DNA from: Eremomyces bilateralis CBS 781.70
Taxonomy: Eukaryota
DNA length: 64,000 bases
Direction: 5' to 3' (one strand)
NCBI GenBank assembly: GCA_010015585.1
Contig: ML975149.1
The notes under the pieces were generated by a model. It was not told the origin of the DNA and made no database searches. It saw only the letters and a list, made by a program, of their open reading frames with translations. Shown here in pieces: positions 50,785 through 63,709 of the stretch; positions within the stretch are counted from its first letter, which is position 1, and every line of letters begins with the position of its first letter. Position numbers and translations under genes: made by a program.

Positions 50785-53071
50785 TCAATGCCCCGGCCCC
50801 GGATACGCCGCCTGCATCGTCAACCCCGTCGGCACCCCCAACACCGGCACCGCCGTCTTCCCCGCCCCTCCCCCTCCCATTTCCCCCTGCCCCAACCCCA
50901 CTCCCCCATGATTCCCCACCCCATGATGTCCGCCCCTCAAACCCGCCCCTACCCTCTCCCTCTCCCTCTTCTCCTCATCCATCCTCGCCCTCTCCGCCTT
51001 CGTCACGCGCGGCTTCCTCACCGTCGTCCCTCCCCGCGCGCGACTGCCCCGCCCACCACGGCTCCCCGGCCCGGACGTCGGCAGCCCGTCGGCTCGCAGC
51101 GCCACCGTGCCGTGCGGATTGGCCGGCGGTGCGTTGATCGGGAGCGAGTGCGCGGGCACGCTGCCTGAGCGGGCGGCGCCCGGCGCTGGCGCGATTTGCG
51201 CGTGTGCGGCGGCGAGGTCCGCGTGTGTGACGCCATGGGTGTGGGTGGCCGAGCGGCGGCCGCGGCCGCGACCGCGGGTAGAGGGGGGTTTTGAAGTGGA
51301 GCCGTCGGCGCTGGGATAGAATATTAGCGATGAGTTTAGAGAGGAGAAGAATAGGTACACACCGCTCGACTTGTTTATCCCCCTCGACGACGAGTGGGCC
51401 GGAGTAGACGAAGAAGCCGTCTTTCGCCATGAGCGCCTGCTCCTGCCACGCCATCTCGGTGTCGTCGATGAAGTCGTCGTTACGATCGTAGTCCTCCGTC
51501 TTCCGCTTCCGTCGACGGATCAGCCGCCCGTCTTTCCCGACGTAATACAGCTCCGGATCGAGCCCCATCTCCTTGATCATCGGATGCGGCTCGCTTCCTT
51601 TCGATTTCTTCGCCGCCTGCCCTTCGAGGCCGCTCATCTCATTCTCTGCTTCGTCAACCGACACCGCCTCCTCGTCGGACAAATCTACGCTCATGTCGTC
51701 GCCGCTGCCTTTCGGCTTCTTCGCGTTGATCTCTCGCTCCAGATCCGCACCGGCCGCGGCGATCAGGCGCTTCCGCTCGTTGCGCGCGGCTAAGCGGGGA
51801 TGCAGGGCGGCGAAGCCGTATTTTTGCTCGACCTCGCGTGCATAGTTGATGGTTACGTTGGTGCGGCCCTTGAGCGGGAAGGTGAGCCAGATGTTGGCGC
51901 CGAATTTGCCGTTGGTGCTGGTGCCGTTGGTGGAGGATGGGCCACCGATGGAAGGAAGGAGGCCGGAGCCAGGAAGGGGCGGGGGCGCTTCTTTGGCGCG
52001 TGCAGGTTTCGTGGGTGGGGTGGGAGCGTTCGAGGGGGTTGCGGACTTGCTGGGTGGTGCTGTGGTTGCGGGGCGGCTTGAAGGTTGGTCAACTTCCATT
52101 TCTGTCGGGAAGTTGGATGGGGGAGGGACGGTGCCGAGGAGAGCGGTGGGAGGCGGCGGGACAAGTGGTTGGTTGATGGTCGATCCATTGCTTTGGATCG
52201 GTGCCGGCCGGCTTATCGATGCGTGCGGTGACACGGGAACGGACGGCGCAGACGTCGAACCGATGCGCGATGCATGCGGAGCTGGAGCAACGGGGGGATC
52301 GATCAGCGAAGTGATCGAAGGTGATGCGCTCGCTCGATTCACATGTGGATGCGATGGAGAAACCGGAGCGTTCTGGGACGCGGTATTCTCACGAGCGGCA
52401 CCACGGATCGGGTCGAAGATTTGACCTCGCGATGCCGGTCGAGGGGTGGATGGAGCGGCAATGTGACTGAGGTTCGGATTGGTGTACACGTTTTGATGCG
52501 GCTCTCCTCGGGATTGCATCGGAGGCGACGGCATGGAGGAAGCGGAGGGGTGCGGATTCGGCGGTGACTGATGCATGATCACGGGATCATGGACGGGTGA
52601 TGGACTCCGTGGCATCTGTGGGAACATGAGCGGTGGTCGCGGTTTGCGTTCGGTCCATGAAGGGATGGTGGCCGGTGGAGCTGCAGCTGTAGCTGCAGGC
52701 TGTTGCGTTCGTGATAATTCTTTTGCGACGGATTGTTTGGTTGCACGGGGTTTGCGCGGTTTCTTCTCCTTGCTCTTTTCTTTTTCATCGGCGGGTGCAG
52801 CGGCCTCTCGCTTTTTTCTGGTTCGTTTAGCCGGTGCAGTAACGGTTGTCAATGCGGATGCAGCGGTATTGGAGGTTGACGTAGCGGAGGTCTTGGCAGT
52901 GGCAACATCGTGATTATTTTGGAATTGCGAGTTCATCCCAAAAGCTTCATGGGGATGATGCGACGCGTTGGGTGGCGGGCCGAGTAACGGCGGCGGCGTG
53001 AATTGCGGGTTTTCGGGGGTGGGTGGTGCCGAACTCAAAGCCGGAGAGGAACTTTGCTGGTCGACGTCCAT
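50785..53071 (-). CDS. HPC2: HIR complex subunit Hpc2 (HUN domain)
   Basis: INYAREVEQKYGFAALHPR; EDYDRNDDFIDDTEMAWQEQALMAKDGFFVYSGPL; intron 51311-51362; basic C-terminus. Confidence 0.88.
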
Positions 53072-55151
53072 TCTGGTGGATTATCGTGGAAGGGATGCAG
53101 TCCGGGAATTATCCATGCAACGCTAATCGAATGCGGGAAAAGTCTCGATACGAGTAAATGAGCGAGAAGGAAAAGCCTCAACACCAACAATCGGGTGGTG
53201 ATGGGGAATCTTGGTGGAGGAACAGGAACGTGTGGTGGCCGAAAGAGGAAATGGCCAGGAACGCTGATTCGCGGGATGGGGGATGGATGACTTGGGGGAG
53301 CAGCTGGTGTACAAGGTGTTTCAGATCGGGAAATGCTCCCAAGTTGAAACCAGGAACCTCAACGCGCGCCTGAGTCTCTCTCACACGATCCCCCAGCGCG
53401 ATAACACGGAGCAAATGGCCTCCACTCAACTCCTCTCTCACCACCTCGAAGAGAACGGAAATCGTATCGGACCGTCGGTGCATGCAGTGCCGGTTAAGTG
53501 ATGATCTGGTATCGAATACTGAATGCAGAAGGTTGAGGGAATTCGGGTCTGATGAAAGTAGAATCGAAAGCGATGGCGCGGAATGGTTTGGGACGGTTGA
53601 AAGTTGAGAAAGGGTAAGTTGGTGATGTTGAGAAGAAAAAAAGGAGGAGAAAGGGAAGAGAGGGAAAGGGAGAAAAGTGGGAGATGTATCGGATATGAAG
53701 ATGGTGAAGGGAACGAACGAAACGATTGGAACCTCTGGAACAAATTAGGAACAGCAGAGCAAAGCCAGCAAAGGGAAAGCAAAGGGAACGGGAGTGAGGG
53801 GGCGTGTGCGGATGGTCAGGCAACATGAGATTAGCAGATTGTATTTACTTGTTCATTCGCATGGAATGGAATGGACTTGGGCCTTGGGGGAGCCAAACTC
53901 TATGAACCGTCAATAGAATTACGAGCATCAACACTGCGACCGAGCAGCCAAATCAGCCGACGGAGCGCCTACAGAGCGGGTGGATTTAGGGGGGAACGGG
54001 CCAGTATTGGGAACACATCAGCCTCGCACCCGAATCACTAAATGGCCATGAGCATGACCACTGGGCCGACCAGAGCAGCAGGCAACGGGAACTCCAAAAA
54101 CCTCCACATCACGCAACAGGAACATGAGAGCGGAACGGGGAAGTCCAGCGTTGAGCATCAAAGGGAAATCAGCCGGGGGTAGTGTTAGAACTTCCATCTG
54201 ATTGGTCCAGACGTCCATTTAACGCATCAATTTCCCAGCCCAGGCAGGTCATACGCTTGTGGCTCAACACCTGTGGCTGGGGTTTCCATTTGGCTTCCTC
54301 GGCGCGCCACCCGCAACTGGAGGTGCAGCGCCAGACATCTCACTTGCTTCCCGCCCAATCCCAGCGTTTGGTCGGTTCCCTTCCACCGGGTCGACATCTA
54401 TTCACTATACTAAATTCTGTTTATCAAGCGTATATGTCGAGATAAGGGTAGAAGCATAGACCGTATCAACCTTCAATCTGACCGTTCAGCCTCTTGAGAG
54501 TTGAGAACAGGTATATCGTATCTGTTGTCTAGCTCCCGACTCCTGCTTTGAGTCTGTGACTGCCTGGTGAGTGGTGACTCGCACGCCTGATGCTGAATAC
54601 AGGGATATAGAGCAGGGATGTTCGGCCAACCTGCGCATCACCGACCAGGGTCCCCACTACTACGTCCCGACCATCATGAAGTCGCAAACCATCTCCACGC
54701 ACGACTCAAACCCCGGGTTCGTTGACAAGTTTCGAATTGATTGTAGGGTTCCCATCTCATCATTCAAGGCGATGCAGCTGTGAACCCTCTACCGTTGCAT
54801 CGTTCATCACGGATCTCAGGTAATCGTGATTCCTCGTTCCCATCAGCAAGTCGCACCTGATCCGCCAAGGCTGAAGCCTCCCCAGTCTGGATCAGGCCCG
54901 TGCGCAAAGCGGTGGACGCTGGGGAAAGGGCGATGCCCGTCATTGCAGGGTCTTGGCATGGTCTTGGCAGGGTCGCCTCCCCGATCCGGGAACCCGAGCA
55001 GTCGATTTGAGATGGGACAAATCACGTGCACATCCCCATCCCGGTCGCTGTTGCCCGATCGGAATTCTTGAGATTTGAGCCTCATATCCATCCTTACCTC
55101 CCGGCGCATCAGCAACACCCGAATCACCAATATCCCTGGATTATCGTCAAC

Positions 55152-56764
55152 ATGGCCCACGCCTTTCAAATACGCGGTGAACGATTCCATATCCCTCTGG
55201 ACTCCGATGACGAGGAAGATCCCGTCCCTTCGCCGCCCGTCAAGCAGGCCGTCGGCTTTTCATTCGTGAACGATGTCCTAGAACGTTCGTCAACCACCCC
55301 GAAAGCGCCCGCGCCTCCGACGGTCAAGAACGCGGCGGGGTTTCCGGCGCATAGGAAACGGAATCGCACGTCGGCGTTTAAGAAGGCTCGCGGTCATGGT
55401 GATGGGACTGCGGCGACGACGCAGTCGACAATACCAGAACGGAGTGATAGGGTGGCGGAGAAGGGAGTTGCAAAACCAGAGAAGATACTGTCGGAGAGAG
55501 AGCGGATCGATCGGGATAATCAGCAACGGATAGCGCAGATGTCGCCCGAAGAAATCGAGGCAGAGCGGCGAGAGTTGTTCGCAGGGTTGAGTCCCGCGCT
55601 CGTTCAACGACTGCTTCAACGCTCGACGATTGACGACGAACCTCCGCCAGCGCAAGACTTAGAGACAGGTACAGATGACCTAGAAGCGTCAGAGGATCCA
55701 CCAACGACGTTGCAGGGCAAAAATGTCGCATTCGAAACGAACGACACGATCATTCCGTCTACTCACTCGACAGAACACAATCAAACCGACCCTCCCCACG
55801 ACCGACCCACTCCGAAACCTCTATCCACACCCACCCCACAACCTCACGATCCAGAAACGATNNNNNNNNNNNNNNNNNNNNNNNNNNNNNNNNNNNNNNN
55901 NNNNNNNNNNNNNNNNNNNNNNNNNNNNNNNNNNNNNNNNNNNNNNNNNNNNNNNNNNNNNNNNNNNNNNNNNNNNNNNNNNNNNNNNNNNNNNNNCTTC
56001 CCGCACCCCCTCCCTCATCCATCTCCTGGCTCCAGCCCCTCCCCTCCGACCCCTCCACCTACTCCCCCTCCAACCCCTCCCTCTCCCTCACCTCCCTCCG
56101 TTTCTCCTTCTCCGGCGCCCTTCTCCCCCCCAAAACCGCCTTCCTCCTCCCCTCCAACCTCGGCCTCCACCACCACGGCGACGCCCCCGACGCCGCCGGA
56201 TACACCATCCCCGAGCTAGCGCTGCTCGCAAGAAGTAGCTATCCGGCGCAGCGGTGCGTCGCGTATCGGAGTCTAGGCGCGCTGTTGGGGCGGTTGGGGC
56301 GGGGAGAGTTCGGGGTGTTGGATGGAGTGGATCTAGTAGGCGCAGGGGGAAAAGGGCCATTGGAGGGGGTGCCCGGGCAGATTCCGGGACCGGAGCGGGA
56401 AGAGTCACAGGAGGAGGGGGATGAGGAGGAGCAGATCAACGAAGCGGACCGGGTGAAGGTGCTCGGACAGGATGGGAAAGTGTATGAAGGGGTGGACGAG
56501 GCGCGGAAGCTGGCGAGAGGGTTGTGGACCGTGATGACGCGAGAGCGGGTGCTGGAGACGATTAAGGAGGAGGTGGCGAGGGAGAGCGGACATCGGAGTG
56601 CGAGGGAGTATGCGCGGGAGGCGCTGGAGGCGTGGGAGGGGGGGTTGAGGGAGGGAAAGGGCAGTGGGAGGAGGAAAGTGATTAGGGAGGAGGAGGCGGA
56701 GGTGCGGGTTGTGAGGAGAGATATGGTTGATAAGAAGGTGGATCAGGCGACGGAGGGTGGATAG
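55152..56764 (+). CDS. RBA50: RNA polymerase II assembly factor Rba50/RPAP1 (interrupted by assembly gap)
   Basis: GFPAHRKR; IDRDNQQRIAQMSPEEIEAERREL; after the gap LRFSFSG..GLHHHGDAPDAAGYTIPELALLARSSYPAQR. Confidence 0.9.
55862..55996. other. Assembly gap (135 N)
   Basis: Run of N within RBA50, flanked by very C-rich sequence. Confidence 1.
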
Positions 56765-57061
56765 ATAGACGTGGATGATTGAGTGACATAGGAATATATG
56801 GATTCATGACCACTGGGGATCCGCCCGTTTCGGACCTGCTACATACTACGTGCAATGCTGTACGGTGGTGCGATCTGATCTGCTCGGCCTCGAAGACTCT
56901 GAATAAGGTAAAAAGGGATCGGAGATTTACTCTCCATGCAGCAAAGAAACCCCGGAATAACGCCTAATCCATAATCCCAATAGGTATGAGACCCTGACAC
57001 CCCCCAACCCTCATCGAGTCAAAAAAATTCCGTAATCCACGCCCCGTCCCATCTTCCCCCG

Positions 57062-58346
57062 CTACACGCTCGTCTCCGGCCTCTCCCCCTCTGCCACCAC
57101 TGGCACCCCCAACCCCCGCTCCGGACTCTGCAACACCAATTGCTCATGCCGCCTCGCCCTGAGATAATCACTCACGCTGCGGATCAGGATAAACCACCCC
57201 ACGATCATCAGCACGTACGCCATCCAATCCGCCATGCTCAGCCCGCCGACCCCGCCCACGTCGCCCGGCACCCCCGGGTTCACGTCGTCGTCCATCGTCT
57301 CCGGATCGAAGTCGTGTGCATCCGGATCCGCCGGCCCGCCGAATTCCCCCCCTCCGCCGACCGGATCCGAGAACGGTGGGGCACCCTTCATCGCGAAGCC
57401 ATACTGCACCATCGTAATCCCCAGGCCGGCCTTGGAGCCGTTCTTCGCCGCGTGCGTGGTGTGCAGGAGGTAGGTGAGCAAGAAGCCGATGACCTGGAAG
57501 GAGACAGAGATCATGGCGTTCCAGACGAAGGAGAAGAGCGAGCCGACGGGGAGCCCGTCGATGAATACGTCGTCGGAGAGTGTGCCGGGGGCGAGGATGG
57601 TGGTTTCCCAGTAGGGCGGGGTGGCGTCTGCCGCGGCTTGTTCGTAGGACTGTTTCATCATATTAGCATCGTTATTGAGCAGCATAGGGGTGTTGAGATG
57701 GATGGGATGGGATGGAATGTCATGTACGTACCGGTGGCTTCTCATCCAGCTCCTCCCCCGGCGTCGGCTTCGCGCTCAGGTTCGCAAACACCCCATCATT
57801 CGCCGAATACCCTCTCCCCGCCGCATTCCGCCTCGGCGTCGATGACGCGGCCGCGGAGAACGTCGGCACCTCCGTCATCCGCCTTTGCAGTCCCTCGCTC
57901 GCATTTGTCGCCGCCTGCGCATCGCCATCCGCGCTCGTCCGTCGTACTAGGCGCTGGCGCGCATCGTCGGAGCCGCGGCGGCCGGAGTCGGAGTCACTAT
58001 CGGAGTCGGAGGGGTCGAAGGTATCGGCGAGGGTGCGGTCGGCGGAGGTGGTGAGGGGGTCGTGGGAGAGGAGGCGGGAGGTGGGGGAGGAGGCGCGAGA
58101 GCGGAATGAGGGGGGAGGGGAGTTGGGAATGGGGCGTTGAGGGAAACGGTGCGCGGAGGAAGGTTGGTGGGGGCTTATGGGAGAGGAGGAGTCGTCTTCT
58201 TCATCGTGGGGGGATACCTGGGGGTTGTTAGATGGTGGGTGAGGGGAGGTGAGAGTGGTGAGATGACGCTGGGAGTGTCGAGGGACTGGGGATAAAGGGG
58301 AAGATGTCTGAAGAGTACTCACTCTTTCGTATCGTTGTGAACTCAT
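57062..58346 (-). CDS. BSD2: Metal homeostasis Rsp5 adaptor Bsd2
   Basis: MSSQRYER|V, NDGVFANLSAKP, PP|SYEQAAADATPPYWETT, FLLTYLLHTTHAAKNGS; 2 introns. Confidence 0.93.
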
Positions 58347-58560
58347 CTCGCCGAGTCGATTAGCGTGGTTGATCCCACGCGCGCCTGCGGTCCGTCGTGA
58401 GGCGACCCTGATCAGTGATCAAGCCGGAGGAAGAATGGTGGGTGGATTCCCGAGAGTGGGAGGTATAGATAAAGAAACTCGCTGTCACAGGTGGAGAAGG
58501 GTATCTAGTTGATGGGTGGAATGGAGTAAGAGAGTGAAAAGGACGGATGATGATGGGGAT

Positions 58561-58754
58561 TTATCAGATGTGTGTTGCAGTGATCCTTTAGACTCCGGAG
58601 TCGATGGAGATGGAGTCGTCAGTCGCTTTGCCTGTCGCTTGGCCGGAACTGAACCCCGTGGCGATGTTACGTGTATGCCTGAATGCCTGTATGCCTGATT
58701 CGTGGCGTTTTGTCTAGAGTCACGTGCGCCACTGCCCTCTCAAATAGTCACGTG
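58561..58754. promoter_or_regulatory. BSD2/CBP6 divergent promoter with an ATCTGATAA box and two GTCACGTG (Cbf1-type) boxes
   Basis: TTATCAGAT 58561-58569; GTCACGTG 58719-58726 and 58747-58754. Confidence 0.4.
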
Positions 58755-58968
58755 CTCATGAAATGATCATTCGCTCTGGTTGGCAACAGAGACCACGAAT
58801 GAACATTCGACTTCCATCTGGACTTTTTATACTGTTGGTGTTGTTGCTGTTCAACTGCTCAACGCTGCTGTGCCACACGTATGACTTGCTGGTCATTCTG
58901 ATATTTAGAATGACTTCGCAGTTATTATAGTCCCTCCTTAATCTACCGTTTCCCGTACCTCACCCGCC

Positions 58969-59465
58969 ATGTCTCGACAGGTAATCTATCCATCAGAAAC
59001 TCTGTCAACAACCTTCAACATACTCACAAGTACACCAGGCGATCGCGAGGCATTATGCCCGAATCTCCAGCCTCTGGCCCACCGATCCTCTCCGACCCCA
59101 AATCACCTTCCAATCCGCCATCCAATTCCGCGAATCCCTCGCATCCCCCCAACCCGCGGCCGAAAGCGTCCAGTCATCCACACCCGCCGCGCCCCTAGAC
59201 GGACAGCGGGAATTAAGAAACGCTAATGCGTTATACTCACTACTTGATAACCGGTATATGAAGAAGGTGTGTAGCATTACGCGATGGATGCTGAAGTAGG
59301 CCGGCTAACATTACGCGGTAGTACCCAATCTCGAAAGACGTCCTGAAACCAAAGTCGAACGTTACGTATTACGATGATCTCATAAAGGAATTGGAGATGG
59401 CGCCGAGGCGGAATTGGTGGGAGAACTTCGTTACGAACCTTCGCGGGAAGATTAGGTTTTCGTGA
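58969..59465 (+). CDS. CBP6: Cytochrome b synthesis/assembly factor Cbp6/UQCC2-like
   Basis: Spliced MSRQ|AIARHYARISSLWPTDPLRP..NANALYSLLDNRYMKK|YPISKDVLKPKSNVTYYDDL..APRRNWW; 2 introns; missed by the ORF track. Confidence 0.78.
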
Positions 59466-59527
59466 GGGAGGGATGATGATTTGCTGCTCGCTGTTAAACT
59501 ACTCTGAGACTATGGCCATGCCTGGGG

Positions 59528-60960
59528 TCAGAGCAACCTATCCCACACAGCATCTGAGCTATCTACTTTATGTGAGGCATCTAATCCATGACTGTAGACG
59601 AATCTTTCAAACAATGTTTTCAGTCTGACTGAATACTCATGGCCTTCTCCTTTACGAGTTGTAGCAGTATGCTTGGACTGTTCATCTTCTGGGCATGGTG
59701 CAGAAGGATGCTGCAGGGCCGCCGGCGATGAACTTGGAATCGACATTGCCGATGAAATGCCTTCCAAGAACAAATCCGGAACCTCTGCCTATTCTGCATC
59801 CAATTCGTCCTCCGTATACGAATCCCACCCATCCTCAGTGCTATTGGGATGTCGCCATCGTCATCGCCGCCAAAGTCGTCTCGGGGTTCAGCAGCTCCGC
59901 TCATTGCTGCCACGTGGTGTAAAAGCCATTGCATCTCCAATATCCCTAAGTCAGGCAGCGGCCGTGCTACTGGGTCATCGGTTTCAAGGGAATTTTTGTC
60001 TCCGGAACAGATTTTCTCCTCAGTCTCGTAATGGAATAGCTTGACTAAGTTTGGACCTTGGTCCAAGTCCGCTGGCAAGGAAGGACGTTGGAGAACGTCG
60101 ACTTGAGGGGTGTAATTGCGTGGTGGTAGCCAGGAAAACTGTACGTCCAGACGTTTCTTGTCATCTGAAAGCCTGATTAATTTGAGGGCGAAATATGCTC
60201 TTCCCCAATATGCATGCGCGTTCGGACTGAGACACATAAGGTTATGAGAAGCCTCAGTCCCCGTGGGGAATATGGCTGTTTCCATATATCCACACGCTCC
60301 CCAGGCCAAAACGCACGTAAGATGCCCCAGAAGGAGGACCGAGGTCCTCCACTAGAGTCATCCTCATGTCGCATTGAAAACGGATAGATATGTGCCACAT
60401 CGATTGGCTCGCCTACCTTCGTGAGTACACATTTGAGTTGGTCTCTCTCACGACACTGAATGCTACTAGCAGGAACTTAATTAACCACTCCAGATGGACT
60501 AACCAGATCTCGCTGAGATTTTGAGTTAGAAGCGCCCAGCTGAGTATCACCCAGCTTTCGCTTCTTTCTACTAGGATTATCTCGTGACGAAGGTGGTGGC
60601 GGTGACGAGGATGGTAGTGAGGGAGTAGAAGCGGTAGAAGACGTGCGATGTCGTTGAGTCCCTACATAACATTCGCAATCCATACTAACATATAAGATGA
60701 ATTTGTAAACCTACATTTTGGAACTAATTTCACAAACTGTTCTACGTCTCCAACCTCGGCCAAATAGAGACGCGGCCCTTCAGGCTGCTGGGTAGCCAAG
60801 TCTACAATGCGCTGTAGGCGATCAATGTCGCCGAGCCACAGGCACGCCCAAGCTGTTGGGCCTTGTATTTCATCGGCACGTAGGGCGGTTTTCAAGGTTT
60901 CGAGGAGGTTATGCGCTCTGGGTCATCAAATTCCCCCTCCGGTCCGCCTTGAGATGCCAT
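59528..60960 (-). pseudogene. Frameshifted HNH_2-type endonuclease gene
   Basis: CRERDQLKCVLT..DVAHIYPF, NLMCLSPNAHAYWGRAYFAL, PLPDLGILEMQW; frameshifts near 60908, 60275 and ~59835 plus a stop; two intact-looking introns. Confidence 0.8.
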
Positions 60961-61683
60961 AGTGGTTGGTTCTGTTGACAGACTCCGAGGGGATGGAGGT
61001 CCGAGGGAGGAGGGAGGATCAATGGGGTAGGTGTGGCCTGGATGGTCCTCGAAATGGTACGACGTCAGACATTGAGAGTGGAAATGCTTCAATCGAAGCT
61101 AAAGCAGCAGAAAGGAAAGGAAGGATCGTGTACAGAAGTACAGAGGTGAAGAAGTAAAGAAGTGAAGAGGTGAGGTGAAGTGGTGGAATGAGCCATATCG
61201 TGGGCTCCCGCAATGTGATCAAGGTTCGCGAGATCAGATGCTGCCTCCCCGAAAAGAAATCTCTATCTTTACTATAACAGCGAAGAGGAGGAGCGCAAGA
61301 AGTCAGAGGGCCGGGGGCCAGGTGCAGGTGGAAATGATAGGATGGGAGGGAATCCGGGGGGGGGAATCCGGGGAGCAGCGGCGAGTGTTCGGGTGTCACC
61401 GTAAAAGATAGGAAAGGGAAACATGAAAGAGCAGAAAGGGAAGATGAATATAAAACGATAATTAGAACGAGGGGGGGTGGGACCCATGTAAAGCTCCCCG
61501 CGCTCAGTTAATACGAGTAAGGTCTGTTCGAGTATTAAGGCCAGATCGAGTCAGGTCAGCTCGGGATATCCCAATTCCCATCTCATCACCCACCGTTGAC
61601 CTCACTTCTCCGCAATTAACCTCCGATTCTTTGCCAAGATCATAGAAATCAAGATCGTAGAAATCACAATCATATAAACCAAC

Positions 61684-62213
61684 ATGTCTTCGGTAGCGTG
61701 TATCTTCTGCAGGATTATCAAAGGTATCATCTCTCCACATGGCACCTTGTCAACCCTAGCTCACTACTCCAGGCGAGATCCCAAGCATCAAGCTCTTCGA
61801 GAGCGAGAAGACGCTCGCCTTCCTCGATATCAACCCTCTCAGCAAGGGCCATTCCGTACGTATACCCTTCCTAACCCCCAACCATCCGCGCCCCCCTCCG
61901 ATCCGCCATCTAACGCGCCCTGCTCCAGCTCATTATCCCCAAATACCACGGCAAGCACATCACCGATATCCCCGACGACCACCTCCTCGAGGTCCTCTCC
62001 GTCACCAAACGCATTGCCCGCGCCGTCGGCGCCGAGAACTTCAACGTGCTGCAGAACAACGGCCGGATCGCGCATCAGATGGTCGATCATGTGCATTTCC
62101 ACATGATCCCGAAGCCGAACGAGGAGGAGGGGTTGGGAATCGGGTGGCCAATGCAGGAGCCGGGGACGGAAAAGCTGAAGGCATTGGGGGAGGAGATTAA
62201 GGCGAAGATGTGA
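61684..62213 (+). CDS. HNT1: HIT-family adenosine monophosphoramidase Hnt1
   Basis: CIFCRIIK|GEIPS, AFLDINPLSKGH, LQNNGRIAHQMVDHVHFHMIPKP; 2 introns. Confidence 0.96.
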
Positions 62214-62299
62214 GGAGCATGCGATAGGTGGGACATGGGGTGGTGGGACATTGCATGGCATGATGTATATGATGCTACGTTTGATATATAATAACAGAG

Positions 62300-63384
62300 C
62301 TATCTCCAGCTCCATAAAGATGCCTTAGACTCAGAATTCGCGTAGCAGCGGAACTCATTGCCTAGTTCCTTCGCGTGCTTCGGCTCAAACGACGTGGTTC
62401 GGACGCCGGATGCGCTGTAGAGCTTGAGGATGAGTTGCTCCATCCGTTCCCCCGTACAGATGATCAACTCCGGTTTCCACGCCTCACTGGCCGGTAGACC
62501 TCTTCCAGGCTCCGGCGAAGTGCTTGAGAGCCACCGAGCGGTAATGGCAGCTGGATGACCGTGTCAGCGTCGCCTTTTAGTCGTAAGTAAAAACGTACTC
62601 CGTGTTTGACAATCATCGCTGAGGAAGGGGGGATCGCATATAATGCGGTGGTATTTCCCTTTCATCTCCGCTGCATTGAATTAGATTGAGGGATCATGAA
62701 TGGGATCTCTAGGATCCGCGAACCTGGTAACACGAAAGGATACTTGAAGTCGTATTGAACGAACTCCTTGAACACAGCAAATCTGTCGTCATACTCGAGG
62801 AGGGAGATTGTCGGATGGGTGTTGGCATATTCCGTAGCCTTAAAACCCACATTAGATAGTCCAACAAGAAATATTCATGATTCGCCAAATTTGAAGGCTG
62901 TTTATGACCCCTAGATTCGTTTCAATCAGTATGGAGAGAACTACGTTACCTGCAGATTCTTGAGCTGGATAAACACACTTGGCGCAGATACGACCGCAAT
63001 GCAAGTCTCATCTGTCGCATCCTCCAGGAGTTCCCTCGCTAAGGCTGTAGCGGTAGGATCATCGTACTACAGTAAGTCGTAAGTTGCTGGACTTCAACCA
63101 AAGACAGTCGATTCAGTCGCCACCGTACCCAGAATTGACTGGCATTCCAATCTTCCGTAAAGAGTTCCATTGACAAAGGGTTATCCTTGTCAAATTTCAA
63201 CTCCGATTTGGTTTTTAGGTCTTCGAATCGAGCTTCTTGGGCTTCGCGATCGTCGTAGAACTGTTCCAGAAGCGCGAGCGTGGCGGCAGGGAGCCGTCTA
63301 TGCTTGGTTAGAACGGGAAATCTGACGATAGTACTGAACATAAACGTACAGGACATCTTCTTCATCCTCGCCATGTGAGGCCAT
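62300..63384 (-). CDS. EFM5: eEF1A lysine methyltransferase Efm5 (N6AMT2 family)
   Basis: FTEDWNASQFW|Y, VVSAPSVF, LLEYDDRF, FVQYDF, ICDPPFLS, CTGERM, NEFRCYAN; 5 introns. Confidence 0.92.
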
Positions 63385-63709
63385 GAAGGTCTCGGATCTC
63401 GAATAGTAAGATCTTTGAACTTTTCAAGTCATATAAAGATGGTAGGGCTGAGTCCTTTTTTTGTCAGCCAAGTGAGCCACCAACGAAATCTCCAATTCTC
63501 CATATCGGACCCACTAGACCCGATTCGGACGTGGGGTAGATCTCGGCATCCCCCACTTGACCCTTCGCCCAACCGCAACGTTCCCGTTACCAACCCCGGT
63601 CCTCTATTCCGTACCTCGGATATAAATTATGAAGGCGTGCTATAATGTTTCCATGGCTCAAAGGTCTTGCACTTATCATGACGTGAATTGAAGGATACAT
63701 CGCTTAAAC

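Noticed and set aside
55862..55996. Apparent frameshift in RBA50
   Set aside because: The frame change spans an N gap whose length is only an estimate
8307..58346. Ubiquitin-themed cluster (UCH, acrB, F-box-like, UBP2, BSD2)
   Set aside because: Spread over 50 kb among unrelated genes; a large functional class, so chance co-occurrence is likely without synteny data
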